From Eledone cirrhosa (Eukaryota): 64,000 bases of DNA. Below, in pieces: positions 37,050 through 50,382 of this stretch. The number at the start of each line of letters is the position of its first letter. Position 1 is the first letter of the stretch. The notes under the pieces were generated by a model. It was given only the letters and a program-made list of their open reading frames with translations. It searched no databases and was not told the DNA's origin. The position numbers and the translations under genes were made by a program. The DNA lies in NCBI GenBank assembly GCA_964016885.1, contig OZ024740.1, forward strand, positions 352,904,001 through 352,968,000, in the 5' to 3' direction.

Positions 37050-40000
37050 GCTGTTTAAATGCGCGTGGCCTGGGCTCAACTTGGAAGCAAGCAATGCTTC
37101 TAAATGACCTCAGGTCGCAACGTATAGATGTGATGGTTATTTGCGAGGCCCGGATCAGCAACGTGCGACAGCTGGCCCCCACCTTTGATGACTTTGAGAT
37201 GCACGCATCTCTCTGTCAGCCCGGAAGTGGGGGTGGAGTTGTCGTTCTGCTGCAAAAACATCTGGGTCTCGCAACACAGATGGTACATATGGACCCGGAG
37301 GGTCGACTAGTGGTTCTGGACCTTGGCAGTGGTAAAGGCGGAGCGTTTAGGTTGGTAGCCGCCTACGGCCCTTTCGGGTCAATGCGGTCGGACTTCTTCC
37401 ATCGTCTGGAGACTTTTCTAGGGATGTCCCGCTCCTTGCTATTAGTGGGGGACTGGAATGGTATCCTAGATGCACGCTGGGACTACGTAGGGGCCTGCCC
37501 CGATGAGAGGGGTGTAATAGCCTCAAAGGGTTAATCGGTCGATTTGACCTGGCCGATAGATATCGACTAGATTTTCCGACTGCGCCAACCTGGACTTGGG
37601 CAAATCGTAGCGGATCATCTAGGTCGTACCTAGATAGGTTCTTAGTTAGAATTAAGGATAAGGACTTTTTAAGTTGTCCAAAAATGCGCATGGTTGGCTA
37701 TTCAGACCACAAATTAGTGACCTGCATGGTCAACCTTGACAGAACTCATAGACAGGGCCCCGGTTACTGGAAGCTCAACTTGTCCTTGCCGGCAAGTAGA
37801 GCCTACAGGAATCGGATTAGTACGTTAGTTAAGGAACGGTTGACTGGAGCGATCGTCAACAGCAGGTGGTGGGTATCTCTAAAGAGAGAGATTAGAGTAG
37901 TCTCGATAGAATTTAGTAAGGTTCTAGCTGCGGATAGGAATAGGAAGGAAAGGGAGCTAATAGATAGAGTAGAAGAGGCAATTAGAAGCGGCGACGTGGC
38001 CAGAGTGCTAGCGTCGAGAACGGCTTTGAGCCAGTTTTTCGACGCGAAGCACGAAGGCTGCGTTGTCCGAAGTAAAATACGTGCTCTAGGGAACGAGGGG
38101 ACCAAAGCTGTTAGCTGGGCCCGCGTGACAGAGGCCAACAGTGGAACTAAATCCACCATCCGGTCTTTGCGAGACCTGGATGGACGGGCGATTCTTGAGC
38201 CTAAGCAGATGTGTGAGGCCTTTCAAAGGCACTTTGCCCGACTGTTCGGGAGGGGCGGGGAGCCGGTTGGGAACGTGGACTTCGGTCCATACCTCGACGG
38301 CCTGCCGCGCCTCTCGGACAGGGAGGCGAAGTCCTGCGAGGAACCGATTTCGGCCGCTGAGATAGAGGACGTGCTGAGCCAATGCGGCAAACGCAAATCC
38401 CCGGGTCTCGATGGTCTTCCTTACGAATTATATCTAGCTATGCCGGACTTGTTCCCCGATCTCCTCGAGGCGGTCTACTGCAACTGGCAACAGAACGGGA
38501 GAATTCCCTGTACTGTGACCAAGGGCGTAGTCACGCTAGTGAGGAAGGACGAGAACAAGGGGGACGAAATAAGTAACTTCAGGCCCATAACTCTGCTAAA
38601 TACAGAGTTACAGATTTTGGCCAAGGTGCTAGCAAAGAGGTTGGCGCTTGTCGTGGGCAACCTGGTGGGAGATGCGCAGACATGCGCTATCCCGTCCAGG
38701 TCCATCCATGACAACCTCCACCTCATGCGATACATCATAGAGAGGGTTGGGAACGAACCCGGCTTTGGTGGGGCTCTGATCAACTTGGATCAATCTAAGG
38801 CGTTCGATAGGGTCGACCATGGTTACCTGGATGCGGTGCTAGCGGCGGCAGGCTTCGGACCCGTTTTCAGGGGCTGGATCACTGCTATGCACAGCAGCCG
38901 CATCTGCTCTAGGGTCAAGGTGAACGGCTACCTCTCGGAGCCGTTCAAAATCGCGCGGTCCATCCGACAAGGGTGCCCTCTCTCCTCCCTTCTGTATGTG
39001 TTGACTCTCGAGCCACTACTGCGGAAGTTGGAGTTGTTGCAGGGCATCCCTTTGGAACCGGGATTGCGGAAAGCGGTGTCGGCCTACGCCGATGACGTGA
39101 CAGTAATGGTGTCGACGGCCTCCGAAATCGAGGCGGTCGGCACCTTACTGGAGGAGTACGAAAAGTTCACAGGGGCTAAGCCGAACCGGGACAAGTCGAT
39201 CGGTTTGCAACTCGGCACGTGGAGGGGCAGACCGATGCCCTCCGATGGCGTCGTCGGACGCTGGACGGAGGGCCCGGTGAAGTTGCTCGGGGTCTGGTTC
39301 GGACCGGACCTCCAGGTGGAGAAAAACTGGGCGGAGGTTACGAACAGGGTGTTTGCACTGACCCAGAAGTGGGCCAGTTGCAAACTATCCCTGAAAGGTC
39401 GGGCGGAGGTGGCGAACACCTACATAGCGTCCGTCATCTACTACCGCCTGACCGTAGTGCCCTGCCCAAGGGAAACCCTCACCAAGATGGAGCGCGCGCT
39501 CTTCCAATTCCTTTGGAAGAGGCGGGCTCCTATGGTGAGGAGATCCATCTGCTGTCAACACCCTTCGAAAGGAGGGCTGGGGATGCCGTGGCTAATGATG
39601 CGTAAACACGCATTAAGGCTACGGCACCTCTACGTATTCCTCACCGGACAACCGGTGTGGGCCTCGTTTGTGAGACGAACCTTTCCCAGACTCGTCTCAC
39701 TCACCGAGCTGCAATCCTGGGTCAAGCAAAGACCGAGAAAACTGGGCGCCTGGCACACTGAGTGTGCCCAGGCGCTCACCGCCCTCTGGCAGGCGGATCC
39801 GGTTATCAGTGGAGACTCCACCGCAACATTCTATAGAGGGCTGGTACGCAGCAGGTGCGACGACGCCCTCGGAGAAGCCCTAGACATGGAGGAGGACGAA
39901 CTGGCCGGCCTGTTCGGTAGGACATTCAGCCCGGGACCTATGGACAACTTCCAGAAGTCCCTGGCCTGGCAGTGCTACCGAGGGGCTTTACCCGTTCGAG

Positions 40001-40730
40001 AAAGGCTCTACAGACACGGGCGCCCGGGTAGGGACCCCGCCAAAAAGATCTGTCCCAGATGCGTGTGCGACGAGGAAACCGTTGCACACGCATTGGTACA
40101 CTGCTCGGGCGTAGCCGATCTGTGGGGCTATGTCGAACAACTGCTGTCAAGGGTGGGACCGATCCGGTTGACCACCGAGTCTATTGTAATGATCAAGCCG
40201 CCTCCCCCCTTCAAAGATGAAGCAGAGGCGGTGTTTCTGTGCGTAATAGCCATGGCGAAAGAGGTTGTATGGTGGACGCGTCTGAAAGGACTGAGGTCAG
40301 GCACCTTTCTCTCTGGCCAACAACTGGTCCGTTTCTTCCGATATCATTTCGGAAGAAGGATCAGGATGGAGAGAGAGGTGCTGCACCCCAGCCGTTTCTA
40401 TGAAAGATGGGTGAAAGTGGCGAGAATGGCCCGTGTGAATGGGCCTTCACTCTACATCAGACTATAGGTGAGGAAGATGAAAGACCAAGGGAGCACCCCT
40501 TCTCTGTGCTCCTGAGGAGAAGGGTTGCACACTTTTTTCGGGGGTGTGTGCGACCCCCAAGGCGCCTCCTCTCTATTGAGGATTTTGTTAAAAATTTTAT
40601 TTTTTGTTATATCTTATTTTATTTTTATATTTTGTTATTGCCTCCTCCTTATTGAGGACGCCTTTTTGTGTAAACTCCCCCCTTTGTACTTGTCCCACTT
40701 TTGATGCCCTAGTGGCAAATAAAAGAAACA
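37050..40730 (+). mobile_element. Tx1-clade LINE lacking ORF1; EN frameshifted near 37505
   Basis: Begins directly after (TCTA)n at CLNARGLG; ends AATAAAAGAAAC followed by (TCTA)n. Confidence 0.92.
37684..40467 (+). CDS. Tx1-clade ORF2 reverse transcriptase and C-terminal zinc knuckle, uninterrupted 927 aa
   Basis: KSPGLDG, NFRPITLLN, LDQSKAFDRVDH, IRQGCPLS, AYADD, CPRC...H...C. Confidence 0.9.
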   Translation: MRMVGYSDHKLVTCMVNLDRTHRQGPGYWKLNLSLPASRAYRNRISTLVKERLTGAIVNSRWWVSLKREIRVVSIEFSKVLAADRNRKERELIDRVEEAIRSGDVARVLASRTALSQFFDAKHEGCVVRSKIRALGNEGTKAVSWARVTEANSGTKSTIRSLRDLDGRAILEPKQMCEAFQRHFARLFGRGGEPVGNVDFGPYLDGLPRLSDREAKSCEEPISAAEIEDVLSQCGKRKSPGLDGLPYELYLAMPDLFPDLLEAVYCNWQQNGRIPCTVTKGVVTLVRKDENKGDEISNFRPITLLNTELQILAKVLAKRLALVVGNLVGDAQTCAIPSRSIHDNLHLMRYIIERVGNEPGFGGALINLDQSKAFDRVDHGYLDAVLAAAGFGPVFRGWITAMHSSRICSRVKVNGYLSEPFKIARSIRQGCPLSSLLYVLTLEPLLRKLELLQGIPLEPGLRKAVSAYADDVTVMVSTASEIEAVGTLLEEYEKFTGAKPNRDKSIGLQLGTWRGRPMPSDGVVGRWTEGPVKLLGVWFGPDLQVEKNWAEVTNRVFALTQKWASCKLSLKGRAEVANTYIASVIYYRLTVVPCPRETLTKMERALFQFLWKRRAPMVRRSICCQHPSKGGLGMPWLMMRKHALRLRHLYVFLTGQPVWASFVRRTFPRLVSLTELQSWVKQRPRKLGAWHTECAQALTALWQADPVISGDSTATFYRGLVRSRCDDALGEALDMEEDELAGLFGRTFSPGPMDNFQKSLAWQCYRGALPVRERLYRHGRPGRDPAKKICPRCVCDEETVAHALVHCSGVADLWGYVEQLLSRVGPIRLTTESIVMIKPPPPFKDEAEAVFLCVIAMAKEVVWWTRLKGLRSGTFLSGQQLVRFFRYHFGRRIRMEREVLHPSRFYERWVKVARMARVNGPSLYIRL

Positions 40731-40803
<73 letters not shown>
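40731..40803. repeat. (TCTA)n microsatellite between Tx1 copies
   Basis: Direct reading. Confidence 0.97.
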
Positions 40804-43800
40804 CATAGATCTAGCTGTCGTCTGTTCTACAGCGTAGATGTAATTCACTTCGCGCAGAAGTTTTGTTCAAATTTATTGCGGAAATTTTGTAAGTTCAATT
40901 TTAATTTTGATACTATTGTATAGCTTGACCCCCCATCTGAACTGTCAGGCGGTGGGTCAGCTCATCTTTGCCCCTCCCAGGGGTGAAAAACCTGTTTTAA
41001 AAAATTTTGTGGCATAAAAAATTTCAATCGTCTGACAGAAATGTTAAACGAAGCTAACGAAAATAGTGGTGGGGGGACAGCGGTAAGAGTTGTAAGCTCG
41101 CACGCTTTAGTCCCCCTTCCTTCCCAACTAACGTCATAGAGAAGGAAAGAAAAAATAAAATAAAAACAGACGAATCTGCGGAGAAAAATGACGAAAACAC
41201 AAATCTGGACATTGATTCCAACAACAACAAAAAAAAAAATTTGAAAAATTGCATGACAATATTAATACCACAAACAAAGACACAACAAACACAAAAATAA
41301 CATTTGAAAACAACATCATAACAGAAAGCAAAGCAGACGACAAAGTCAACACCAATAATATTTCATTTGCACAAACAACAAAGAAATCTTTGACATATAT
41401 ACCTGAAAATATTTCAGATGTGGCACAAAGAATTACAGACGCCAAACAATACATAACTCAAGGGGAAAATGGTATTTTATCGGTAAAAATGCCTCAAGAA
41501 CTCACCAAAGACATTGAAAGTCGGACGGTCGTTTTCCGCACCATCAACAACATTTCTAAAAAACCTCAACAGCCAACACAAACAGAAATCAAAGCAGTAC
41601 TTACAGAAGTACTTAATGAAACCACTTTCATAAGAAGAGACAGACTGTATGGAAGCCTAGCGATTATTATAAAGAACGAATCGGCGGCAAAAAAATGTGC
41701 TTTGTCGCCGATTCGTTCGACAAATTTTACCTTTTATCCATCTTATATGGGTAAAAGAACCCAGCGCATATGGCTGGATGCGATGATGCCAGATGTGGAC
41801 TACTGCTGGCTCATAGCTGGCTTCATCGATCCAGCGAATGACAATGTGATTTCCATTGGGAAAACCACAGGCATTGCGTTCAGTGGAACAGGTATAGAAC
41901 TTGTAGTGCAAATGAAGCCTGAACGCATTGCCCAAATACCCGACAGAATCCTATTAGAGGGCCACGGGTATATAAACATTAGCGTGGAGGGGAGAAGGCC
42001 GTCCTGTCATATCTGTGCAGGCAGAGGGCACCTGAAGGCGGCTTGTCCCCAACTCAACAAGAAGAAAACCCTGCTACCAACAAAAGCTCCACCACCACCA
42101 CAACAGATAAACAAACAACAAAACTCAGTCCCACCTAACCCGTCCCTCAGTAAAACTACACCACCACCACAACACAAACAGTCACAACACATTACCCCAA
42201 AACAAAACACAGTCCCACCCAACCCCTCACTCAATAAAACAACACAACCACCGCAGCCACAACACACAACACAGTCTAACATAGTGACATCCATCTCCCC
42301 CACAAAGAAAACCAACACGGAAACATTACCAGCAAACATCCCTCTTCCTTCCAACACTGAAGATAACCCAACGAATTCGGAGGAAGAAACGGAGTCCTTC
42401 AGACAAATTAAAAGGAAAAAAAGAAAACATGTGCAAAACACACAAGGCCAAACAACCCCTACCAAAATGTCAACACAATCCAACAAAACGCAAAACACCC
42501 CTCCAGCAACAAACAAAACAAAACCTGCCCCTCCCCTCTTCGAAACACTCACACCATCCGAAAAAAAGACATTACACTATACTTACATCAACAGAAACAA
42601 TAATAAATTAAATGAACTCATAAACAATAACCCTTCGGTACAAACCGAAGGTGTAAACTTTGTTTCTTCAGAAAACTACCCACATTTAAAATTAATAAAG
42701 ATCCCAATGAACCTCTACCAAAAACTAAAAAAGGATTTTAAGGAGGACGTAGGACCACCCTCTGTCAAACCCATAAACCGCGTCCTACTAAAAAACTTTC
42801 ACCCTCCCCTCCCCCTCCCCAACACAACCCCAAACACCCCAACCCCACCACACACTGACGACCCCACACCACCACAAGACACCCCTTCACCCAACACCCC
42901 CGACCCCATGGAAGTCGTGCGACCCGAACCCCGGGAAGCAGAAAGGGAGGTCTCTACACTCTCCTTTGGCTTTGCCGCCCACATGGATGTGTTAAGAGTA
43001 GGATGTTTGAATGCACGTGGCCTGGGCTCAACTTGGAAGCAAGCAAAGCTTCTAAATGACCTCAGGTCACGTGGTATAAATGTAATGGTTATCTGTGAGA
43101 CTCGGATCAGCGTCGTGCGGCAGCTGGCCCCTACCTTCGATGACTTTGAGGTGCATGCATCTCTCTGCCAACCTGGAGGTGGGGGTGGGGTTGTCGTACT
43201 GCTGGAAAAACACCTGGGTCTCGCCGTACATGTTGTTAACTCGGACCCGGAAGGTCGTTTGTTGGTGCTAGACGTTGGCAGTAGTGGAGGTGCGGCCTTG
43301 AGACTGGTCGCCGTCTACTCCCCTTTCGGAGCTGAACGAACCGACTTCTTCCAGCGTCTGGAGACTTTTCTGGGAACGTCGCGTTCCCTGCTTCTAGCGG
43401 GGGATTGGAATGACATCCTAGATGCACGTTGGGACTATGCAGGAGCATGTCCTAATAGAGGGGGGTGTAAGAGCCTCAAGGGGTTACTCGACCGTTTTAA
43501 CTTGGTCGATAGATATCGACTAGATTTTCCAACTGTGCCAACCTGGACTTGGACGAACCACAGTGGTCAATCTAGATCGTACTTAGATAGATTCTTAGTT
43601 AGAAGTAAGGATAGGGACATATTAAGCTGTCTAGAAATGCTCACGGTTGGCTACACAGATCACAAATTAGTGACCTGCGTAGTCAATCTCGAGTAAACAC
43701 ATAGACAGGGTCCCGGTTACTGGAAACTTAATTTGTCTTTACCGGCAAAAGAGGCTTGCAGAAACCGGATTAACAGATTAGTTAAGGAGAGGTTGACGGG

Positions 43801-46023
43801 TGAAATCGTCAACAACCGATGGTGGGCATCTCTCAAAAGAGAGATTAGAACAGAATCAATAAGTTATAGCAAGATGTTAGCTGCCGATAGGAATAGGAAC
43901 GAGAAAGAATTAACAGGTAAATTAGAAGAGGCAATCAAGAGCGAAGATGTGGCCAGAGTGCTGGCATCGAGGACGGCCTTGAGCCAGTTTTTCGATGCAA
44001 AGCACGAAGGCTGCGTCATTCGAAGTAAAATACGTGCTCTAGGTAATGAGGGGGCCAAAGCCGTTGGCTGGGCCCGCGTGACAAGCTAAGAGTGGAAATC
44101 GATCCACCATCCGGTCTTTGCAAGACGAGGATGGACGGGTGATCCAGGACCCTAAGCAGATGTGCGAGGCCTTTCAAAGCACTTTGCCCGATTGTTCGGG
44201 GGAGGCGAGGGTCCGGGCGGGGACGTGGATTTCGGTCCATACCTCGACGGCCTGCCGCGTCTCTCGAGCGAAGAGGCAGAGTCCTGCGAGGGACCAATCT
44301 CGGCTGATGAGATCGGGGATGCGCTGAGCCAATGCAGCAGACGCAAATCTCCAGGTCTCGATGGTATACCTTACGAACTTTATTTAGCAATGCCGGTCTT
44401 CTTCTCCGAACTCCTCGAAGCAGTCTACTGCAATTGGCAGCAGAACGGGAGAATTCCTTGTTCTGTAGCCAAAGGCGTAGTCTCGCTGGTGAGGAAGGAC
44501 GAGAACAAGGAGGATAGTATAAATAATTTTCGGCCCATAACCCTGCTAAACACAGAGTTAAAGATTTTGGCCAAGGTGTTAGCAAAGAGGTTGGCGCTTG
44601 TCGTGGGTGGCCTGGTGGGAGATGCGCAGACATGTGCTATCCCATCCAGGTCCATTCACAACAACCTCCACCTCATGCGATACATCATAGAGAGGGTTGG
44701 CAACAAACCCGGCTTCGGTGGGGCCCTGATCAACTTGGATCAGTCTAAGGCGTTCGATAGGGTCGACCATGGTTACCTGGATGCGGTGCTAGCGGCGGCT
44801 AGGTTCGTTCCTGTTTTCAGAGGCTGGATCACTGCCTTACATAGCAACCACATCTGTTCTAGGATCAAGGTGAACGGCTACCTTTCGAAGCCGTTCGAAA
44901 TCACACGATCCATTCGACAGGGGTGCCCTCTCTCCTCCCTTCTGTACGTATTGACTCTCGAGCCTTTACTGAGGAAGTTGGAGTTGTTGCAGGGTATCCC
45001 CCTGGTACCAGGATTGAGCAAAGCGGTGTCGGCCTACGCCGATGACGTAACAGTAATGGTATCGACCGACTCGGAGATCGAGGCGATCGGTACCTTACTG
45101 GAGGAATACGAAAGGTTGTCAGGAGCGAAACTGAACCGGGAAAAATCCATCGGGCTGCAACTGGGAACGTGGAGAGGCAGACCGATGCCTCCCGACGGTG
45201 TCGTGGACACTGGACGGAGGTTGGTTGGGGTCTGGTTTGGACCGGACCTCCAGGTGGAAAAGAACTGGGGCGAGGTTACGAACAAGGTGTTTGCACTAAC
45301 CCAGAAATGGGCCAAGTGTAAGCTGTCCCTAAAAGGTCGGGCGGAGGTGGCGAACATTTACATAGCGTCCGTCACTTACTACCGCCTGACTGTCGTGCCT
45401 TGCCCTAAGGAAACACTTACCACCATGGAACGCATGCTCTTTCAATTTCTTTGGAAGAAGCGCCCTCCTATGGTGAGAAGATCCATCTGCTGCCAACAAC
45501 CTTCGAAAGGAGGGCTGGGGATGCCGTGGTTGATGATGCGTAGGCACGCATTAAGGCTACGGCACCTACAGGTATTCCTCACTGGTCAACCGGTGTGGGC
45601 TCCGTTCGTGAGACGAGCCTTTCCGAGACTCGTCTCGCTCACCGAGCTGCAATCCTGGGTCAAGCAAAGATCCGGAAAACTGGGTGACTGGCACACTGAA
45701 TGTGCCCAGGCGCTCAGGGCTCTCTGGCAAGCGGACCCGGCGATCGGTGGAGAATCCACCTCGTCATTCTATAGAGGGCTGGTGGCTAGCAGGGGCGATG
45801 ACACCCTTGGAGAGTCGCTGGACATGGAAGAGTACGAACTGGCCAGCCTGTTCGGTAGGACTTTCGGTCCGGGACCAATGGACAACTTCCAGAAGTCACT
45901 GGCCTGGCAGTGCTACCGGGGGGCTCTACCCGTTCGAGAAAAGTTCTACAGACACGGGCGCCCGGGCAGGGATCCCTCGAAAAAGATTTGTCTTAGATGT
46001 ATGCGTCACGAAGAAACCGTTGA
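40804..46023 (+). mobile_element. Near full-length Tx1-clade LINE (5'UTR, ORF1-EN, RT with stops), 3' end missing
   Basis: ORF 41249..43696 has CCHC knuckle CHICAGRGHLKAAC then the APE domain; RT 44162.. with AYADD; breaks after HEETV. Confidence 0.9.
41249..43696 (+). CDS. Tx1 ORF1 (gag-like, CCHC) fused in frame to APE endonuclease
   Basis: Single 815-aa frame: CX2CX4HX4C, Pro/Thr-rich linker, then CLNARGL/ICETR/GDWN/YLDR/TDH. Confidence 0.75.
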   Translation: MHDNINTTNKDTTNTKITFENNIITESKADDKVNTNNISFAQTTKKSLTYIPENISDVAQRITDAKQYITQGENGILSVKMPQELTKDIESRTVVFRTINNISKKPQQPTQTEIKAVLTEVLNETTFIRRDRLYGSLAIIIKNESAAKKCALSPIRSTNFTFYPSYMGKRTQRIWLDAMMPDVDYCWLIAGFIDPANDNVISIGKTTGIAFSGTGIELVVQMKPERIAQIPDRILLEGHGYINISVEGRRPSCHICAGRGHLKAACPQLNKKKTLLPTKAPPPPQQINKQQNSVPPNPSLSKTTPPPQHKQSQHITPKQNTVPPNPSLNKTTQPPQPQHTTQSNIVTSISPTKKTNTETLPANIPLPSNTEDNPTNSEEETESFRQIKRKKRKHVQNTQGQTTPTKMSTQSNKTQNTPPATNKTKPAPPLFETLTPSEKKTLHYTYINRNNNKLNELINNNPSVQTEGVNFVSSENYPHLKLIKIPMNLYQKLKKDFKEDVGPPSVKPINRVLLKNFHPPLPLPNTTPNTPTPPHTDDPTPPQDTPSPNTPDPMEVVRPEPREAEREVSTLSFGFAAHMDVLRVGCLNARGLGSTWKQAKLLNDLRSRGINVMVICETRISVVRQLAPTFDDFEVHASLCQPGGGGGVVVLLEKHLGLAVHVVNSDPEGRLLVLDVGSSGGAALRLVAVYSPFGAERTDFFQRLETFLGTSRSLLLAGDWNDILDARWDYAGACPNRGGCKSLKGLLDRFNLVDRYRLDFPTVPTWTWTNHSGQSRSYLDRFLVRSKDRDILSCLEMLTVGYTDHKLVTCVVNLE

Positions 46024-46264
46024 AGATGGGAAGGGAAAGCCATGCCTACTTGACCAGCAGGTAGTAGCAGACATGGACAAAGAAAGGCCAACATCATCGC
46101 CTCAACATCTAGAAGTGGAACAAGCTTCAGCTGCTTGTAAGCAACTGAACACGCCTGATGTCACAAACGTCACATGTATCCACACACAGAAAGATATATA
46201 TGTAGTAAACACTTCCTTTCGTAAAGAAATGGAAATTCACACAACAAAAAATAAACGAAGTTAA

Positions 46265-49200
46265 TGCATAAACGAAGAAAATAGAACACTGATGGAGACC
46301 ATCAGAAACAACCCTTTGGTCAAAACCGAAGGGAAAACTTTGGATAGCTCCAACAAAAACAAAAAAAATGAACCTAACAAAAATGAACCTAAAACTGATC
46401 AGGGACGCTATAGGAACTTATAGATCCCTAAAAGAAACATTTGTAGAGGACGTGGGGAATTCCTGCGTGAAACCAATCAACCGCGTCCTCTACAAAGGCC
46501 TCCCCACCACAGGCACCCCCACCCAAGTCATCCCCACCCCACCAGACACCCCTTCCCCACCAAACACCTCCGTCCCCACCCCGCCAGAAACCACCACCCC
46601 ACCCAACAACCCATCCCCCACCCTCACGGAAATTGTGCAGCCCTATACCCGGGACGCAGAGCGGTAAGTGCCCTTTCTCTTCACCACCAACATGGCTATG
46701 CTAAGAGTAGGCTGTCTAAATGCGCGTGGCCTGGGCTCAACTTGGAAACAAGCAATGCTTCTAAATGACCTCAGGTCACAACGTATAGATGTGATGGTTA
46801 TTTGCGAGGCCCGGATCAGCAACGTGCGACAGCTGGCCCCCACCTTTGATGACTTTGAGATGCACGCATCTCTCTGTCAGCCCGGAGGTGGGGGTGAGGT
46901 TGTCGTTCTGCTGCAAAAACATCTGGGTCTCGCAACACAGACGGTACATTTGGACCCGGAGGGTCGACTAGTGGTTCTGGACCTTGGCAGTGGTGAAGGC
47001 GGAGCGTTTAGGTTGGTAGCCGCCTACTGCCCTTTCGGGTCAATGCGGCCGGACTTCTTCCATCGTCTGGAGACTTTTTTAGGGACGTCCCGCTCCTTGC
47101 TATTAGTGGGGGACTGGAATGGTATCCTAGATGCACGCTGGGACTACGTAGGGGCCTGTCCCAATAGAGAGGGGTGTAATAGCCTCAAAGGGTTAATCGG
47201 TCGATTTGACCTGGCCGATAGATATTGACTAGATTTTCCGACTGCGCCAACCTGGACTTGGGCAAATCGTAGCGGATCATCTAGGTCGTACCTAGATAGG
47301 TTCTTAGTTAGAAATAAGGATAAGGACTTTTTAAGTTGTCCAAAAATGCGCATGGTTGGCTATTCAGACCACAAGTTAGTGAGCTGCATGGTCAACCTTG
47401 ACAGAACGCATAGACAGGGACCCGGTTACTGGAAGCTCAACTTGTCCTTACCGGCATGTAAGGCTTACAGGGACCGGATTAGCACTTTAGTTAAGGAGCG
47501 GTTGACGGGCGCCATCGTCAACAGCAGGTGGTAGGGATCTCTCAAAAGAGAGATTAGAGTAGTCTCTATAGAATTTAGTAAGGAGTTAGCTTCAAATAGA
47601 AATAGGAAGGAAAGGGAGTTGGTAGATAGTGTAGAAGAGGCAATTAGAAGCGGCGACGTGGCCAGAGTGCTAGCGTCCAGAACGGCCCTGGCCAGTTCTT
47701 CGACGCGAAACACGAAGGCTGCATCGTCCAAAGCAAAATACGTGCTCTGGGAAACGAGGGGACCAAAGCTGTTAGCTGGGCCCGCGTGACAGAAGCCAAA
47801 AGAGGGAGTAGATCCACTATCCGGTCTTTGCGAGACCAGGATGGACGGGTGATCCTTGAACCTAAGCAGATGTGCGAGGCTTTTCAAAAGCACTTTGCCG
47901 GATTATTCGGAAGGGGCGGGGAGCCGGTTGGGAAGTGGACTTCGGTCCATACCTCGACGGCCTGCTGCGTCTCTCGGACAGGGAGGCGAAGTCCTGCGAG
48001 GAGCCGATTTCAGCCGCTGAGATAGAGGACGTGCTGAGCCAATGCGGAAAACGCAAATCCCCGGGTCTCGATGGTCTTCCATTCGAACTATATCTAGCTA
48101 TGCCGGACTTGTTCCCCGATCTCCTCGAGGCGGTCTACTGCAACTGGCAACAGAACGGGAGAATTCCGTGTGCTGTGACCAAGGGCGTAGTCACGCTAGT
48201 GAGGAAGGACGAGAACAAGGCGGACGATATAAATAATTTCAGGCCCATAAATCTGCTAAATACAGAGTTACAGATTTTGGCCAAGGTGCTAGCAAAGAGG
48301 CTGTCGCTCGTCGTGGGCAACCTGGTGGGAGATGCGCAGACATGTGCTATCCCGTCCAGGTCCATCCACGACAACCTCCACCTGATGCGATACATCATAG
48401 AGAGGGTTGGGAACGAACCCGGCTTTGGTGGGGCCCTAATCAACTTGGATCAATCTAAGGCGTTCGATAGGGTCGACCATGGTTACCTGGATGCGGTGCT
48501 AGCGGCGGCAGGCTTCGGACTCGTTTTCAGGGGCTGGATCAATGCCATGCACAGCAGCCACATCTGCTCTAGGGTCAAGGTGAACGGCTACCTCTCGGAG
48601 CCGTTCGAAATCGCGCGGTCCATCCGACAAGGGTGCCCTCTCTCCTCCCTTCTGTATGTAATGACTCTAGAGCCACTGCTGCGGAAGTTGGAGTTGTTGC
48701 AGGGCATCCCGTTGGAACCGGGATTGCGGAAAGCGTTGTCGGCCTACGCCGACGACGTAACAGTAATGGTGTCGACGGCCTCGGAAATAGGGGCGATCGG
48801 CACCTTACTGGAGGAGTACGAAATGTTTACAGGGGCTAAGCTGAACCGGACAAGTCGATCGGTCTGCAACTCGGCACGTGGAGGGGCAGATCGATGCCCT
48901 CCGATGGCGTCGTCGGGCGCTGGACGGAGGGCCCGGTGAAGTTGCTCGGGGTCTGGTTCGGACCAGACCTCCAGGTGGAGAAGAACTGGGGTGAGGTAAC
49001 GAACAGGGTGTTTGCACTGACCCAGAAGTGGGCCGAGTGCAAACTGTCCCTGAAAGGTCGGGCGGAGGTGGCGAACACTTATATAGCGTCCGTCATCTAC
49101 TACCGCCTGACCGTTGTGCCTTGCCCAAGAGAAATGCTCGCCAAAATGGAGCGCGCACTCTTCCAATTCCTTTGGAAGAAGCGGGCTCCTATGGTGAGGA

Positions 49201-50382
49201 GATCCATCTGCTATCAACACCCTTCAAAAGGAGGGCTGGGGATGCCGTGGCTAATGATAGGCAAACACGCATTAAAGCTACGGCACCTCCAGGTATTCCT
49301 CACCGGTCAACCGGTGTGGGACCCGTTTGTGAGGCGAGCCTTTCCCAGACTCGTCTCACTCACCGAGCTGCAATCCTGGGTCAAGCAAAGACCGAGAAAA
49401 CTGGGTGCCTGGCACAACGAGTGTGCCCAGGCGCTCACGGCTCTCTGGCAGGCGGACCAGGCTGTCAGTGGAGAATCCACCTCGTCATTCTATAGAGGGC
49501 TGGTGGTTAGCAGGTGCGACGAAGCCCTCGGAGAAGCCCTAGGCATGGAGGAAGACGAACTGGACAACCTGTTCGGTAGGACATTCAGCCCGGGACCCAT
49601 GGACAACTTCCAGAGGTCCCTGGCCTGGCAGTGCTACCGAGGGGCTCTGCCCGTTCGAGAAAGGCTCTACAGACACGGGCGCCCGGGTAGGGACCCCTCG
49701 AAAAAGATCTGTCCCAGATGCGTGTGCGACGAGGAAACCGTTGCACACGCATTGGTACACTGCTCGGGCATTGCCGATCTGTGGGGCTATGTTGAACAAC
49801 TGCTGTCAAGGGTGGGACCGATCCGGTTGACCACCGAGTCTATTGTAACGATCAAGCCGCCTCCCCTCTTCAAAAACGAAGGAGAGGCGGTGTTTCTGTG
49901 CGTAATAGCCATGGCGAAAGAGGTTGTATGGTGGACGCGTCTGAAAGGACTGAGGTCAGACACCTTTCTCTCTGGCCAACAACTGGTCCGTTTCTTCCGA
50001 TATCATTTCGGAAGAAGGATCAGGATGGAGAGAGAGGTGCTGCACCCCAGCCGTTTTTATGAAAGATGGGTGAAAGTGGCGAGAATGGCCCGTGTGAATG
50101 GGCCTTCACTCTACATAAGACTATAGGTGAGGAAGGTGAAAGAACCCCTCTCTGTGCTCCTGAGGAGAAGGGTTGCACACTTTTTTTCGGGGGGGGGGGG
50201 GTGCGACCCTCCAAGGCCCCTCCTCCCTATTGAGGATTTTGTTATAAAATTTATTTTGTTATGTTGTATTTTATTTTTATATCTTGTTATTGCATCCTCC
50301 TTATTGAGGACGCCTTGTTATGTAAAATCCCCCCATTGTACTTGTCCCACTTTTTGATGCCCAGGTGGCAAATAAAAAGAAA

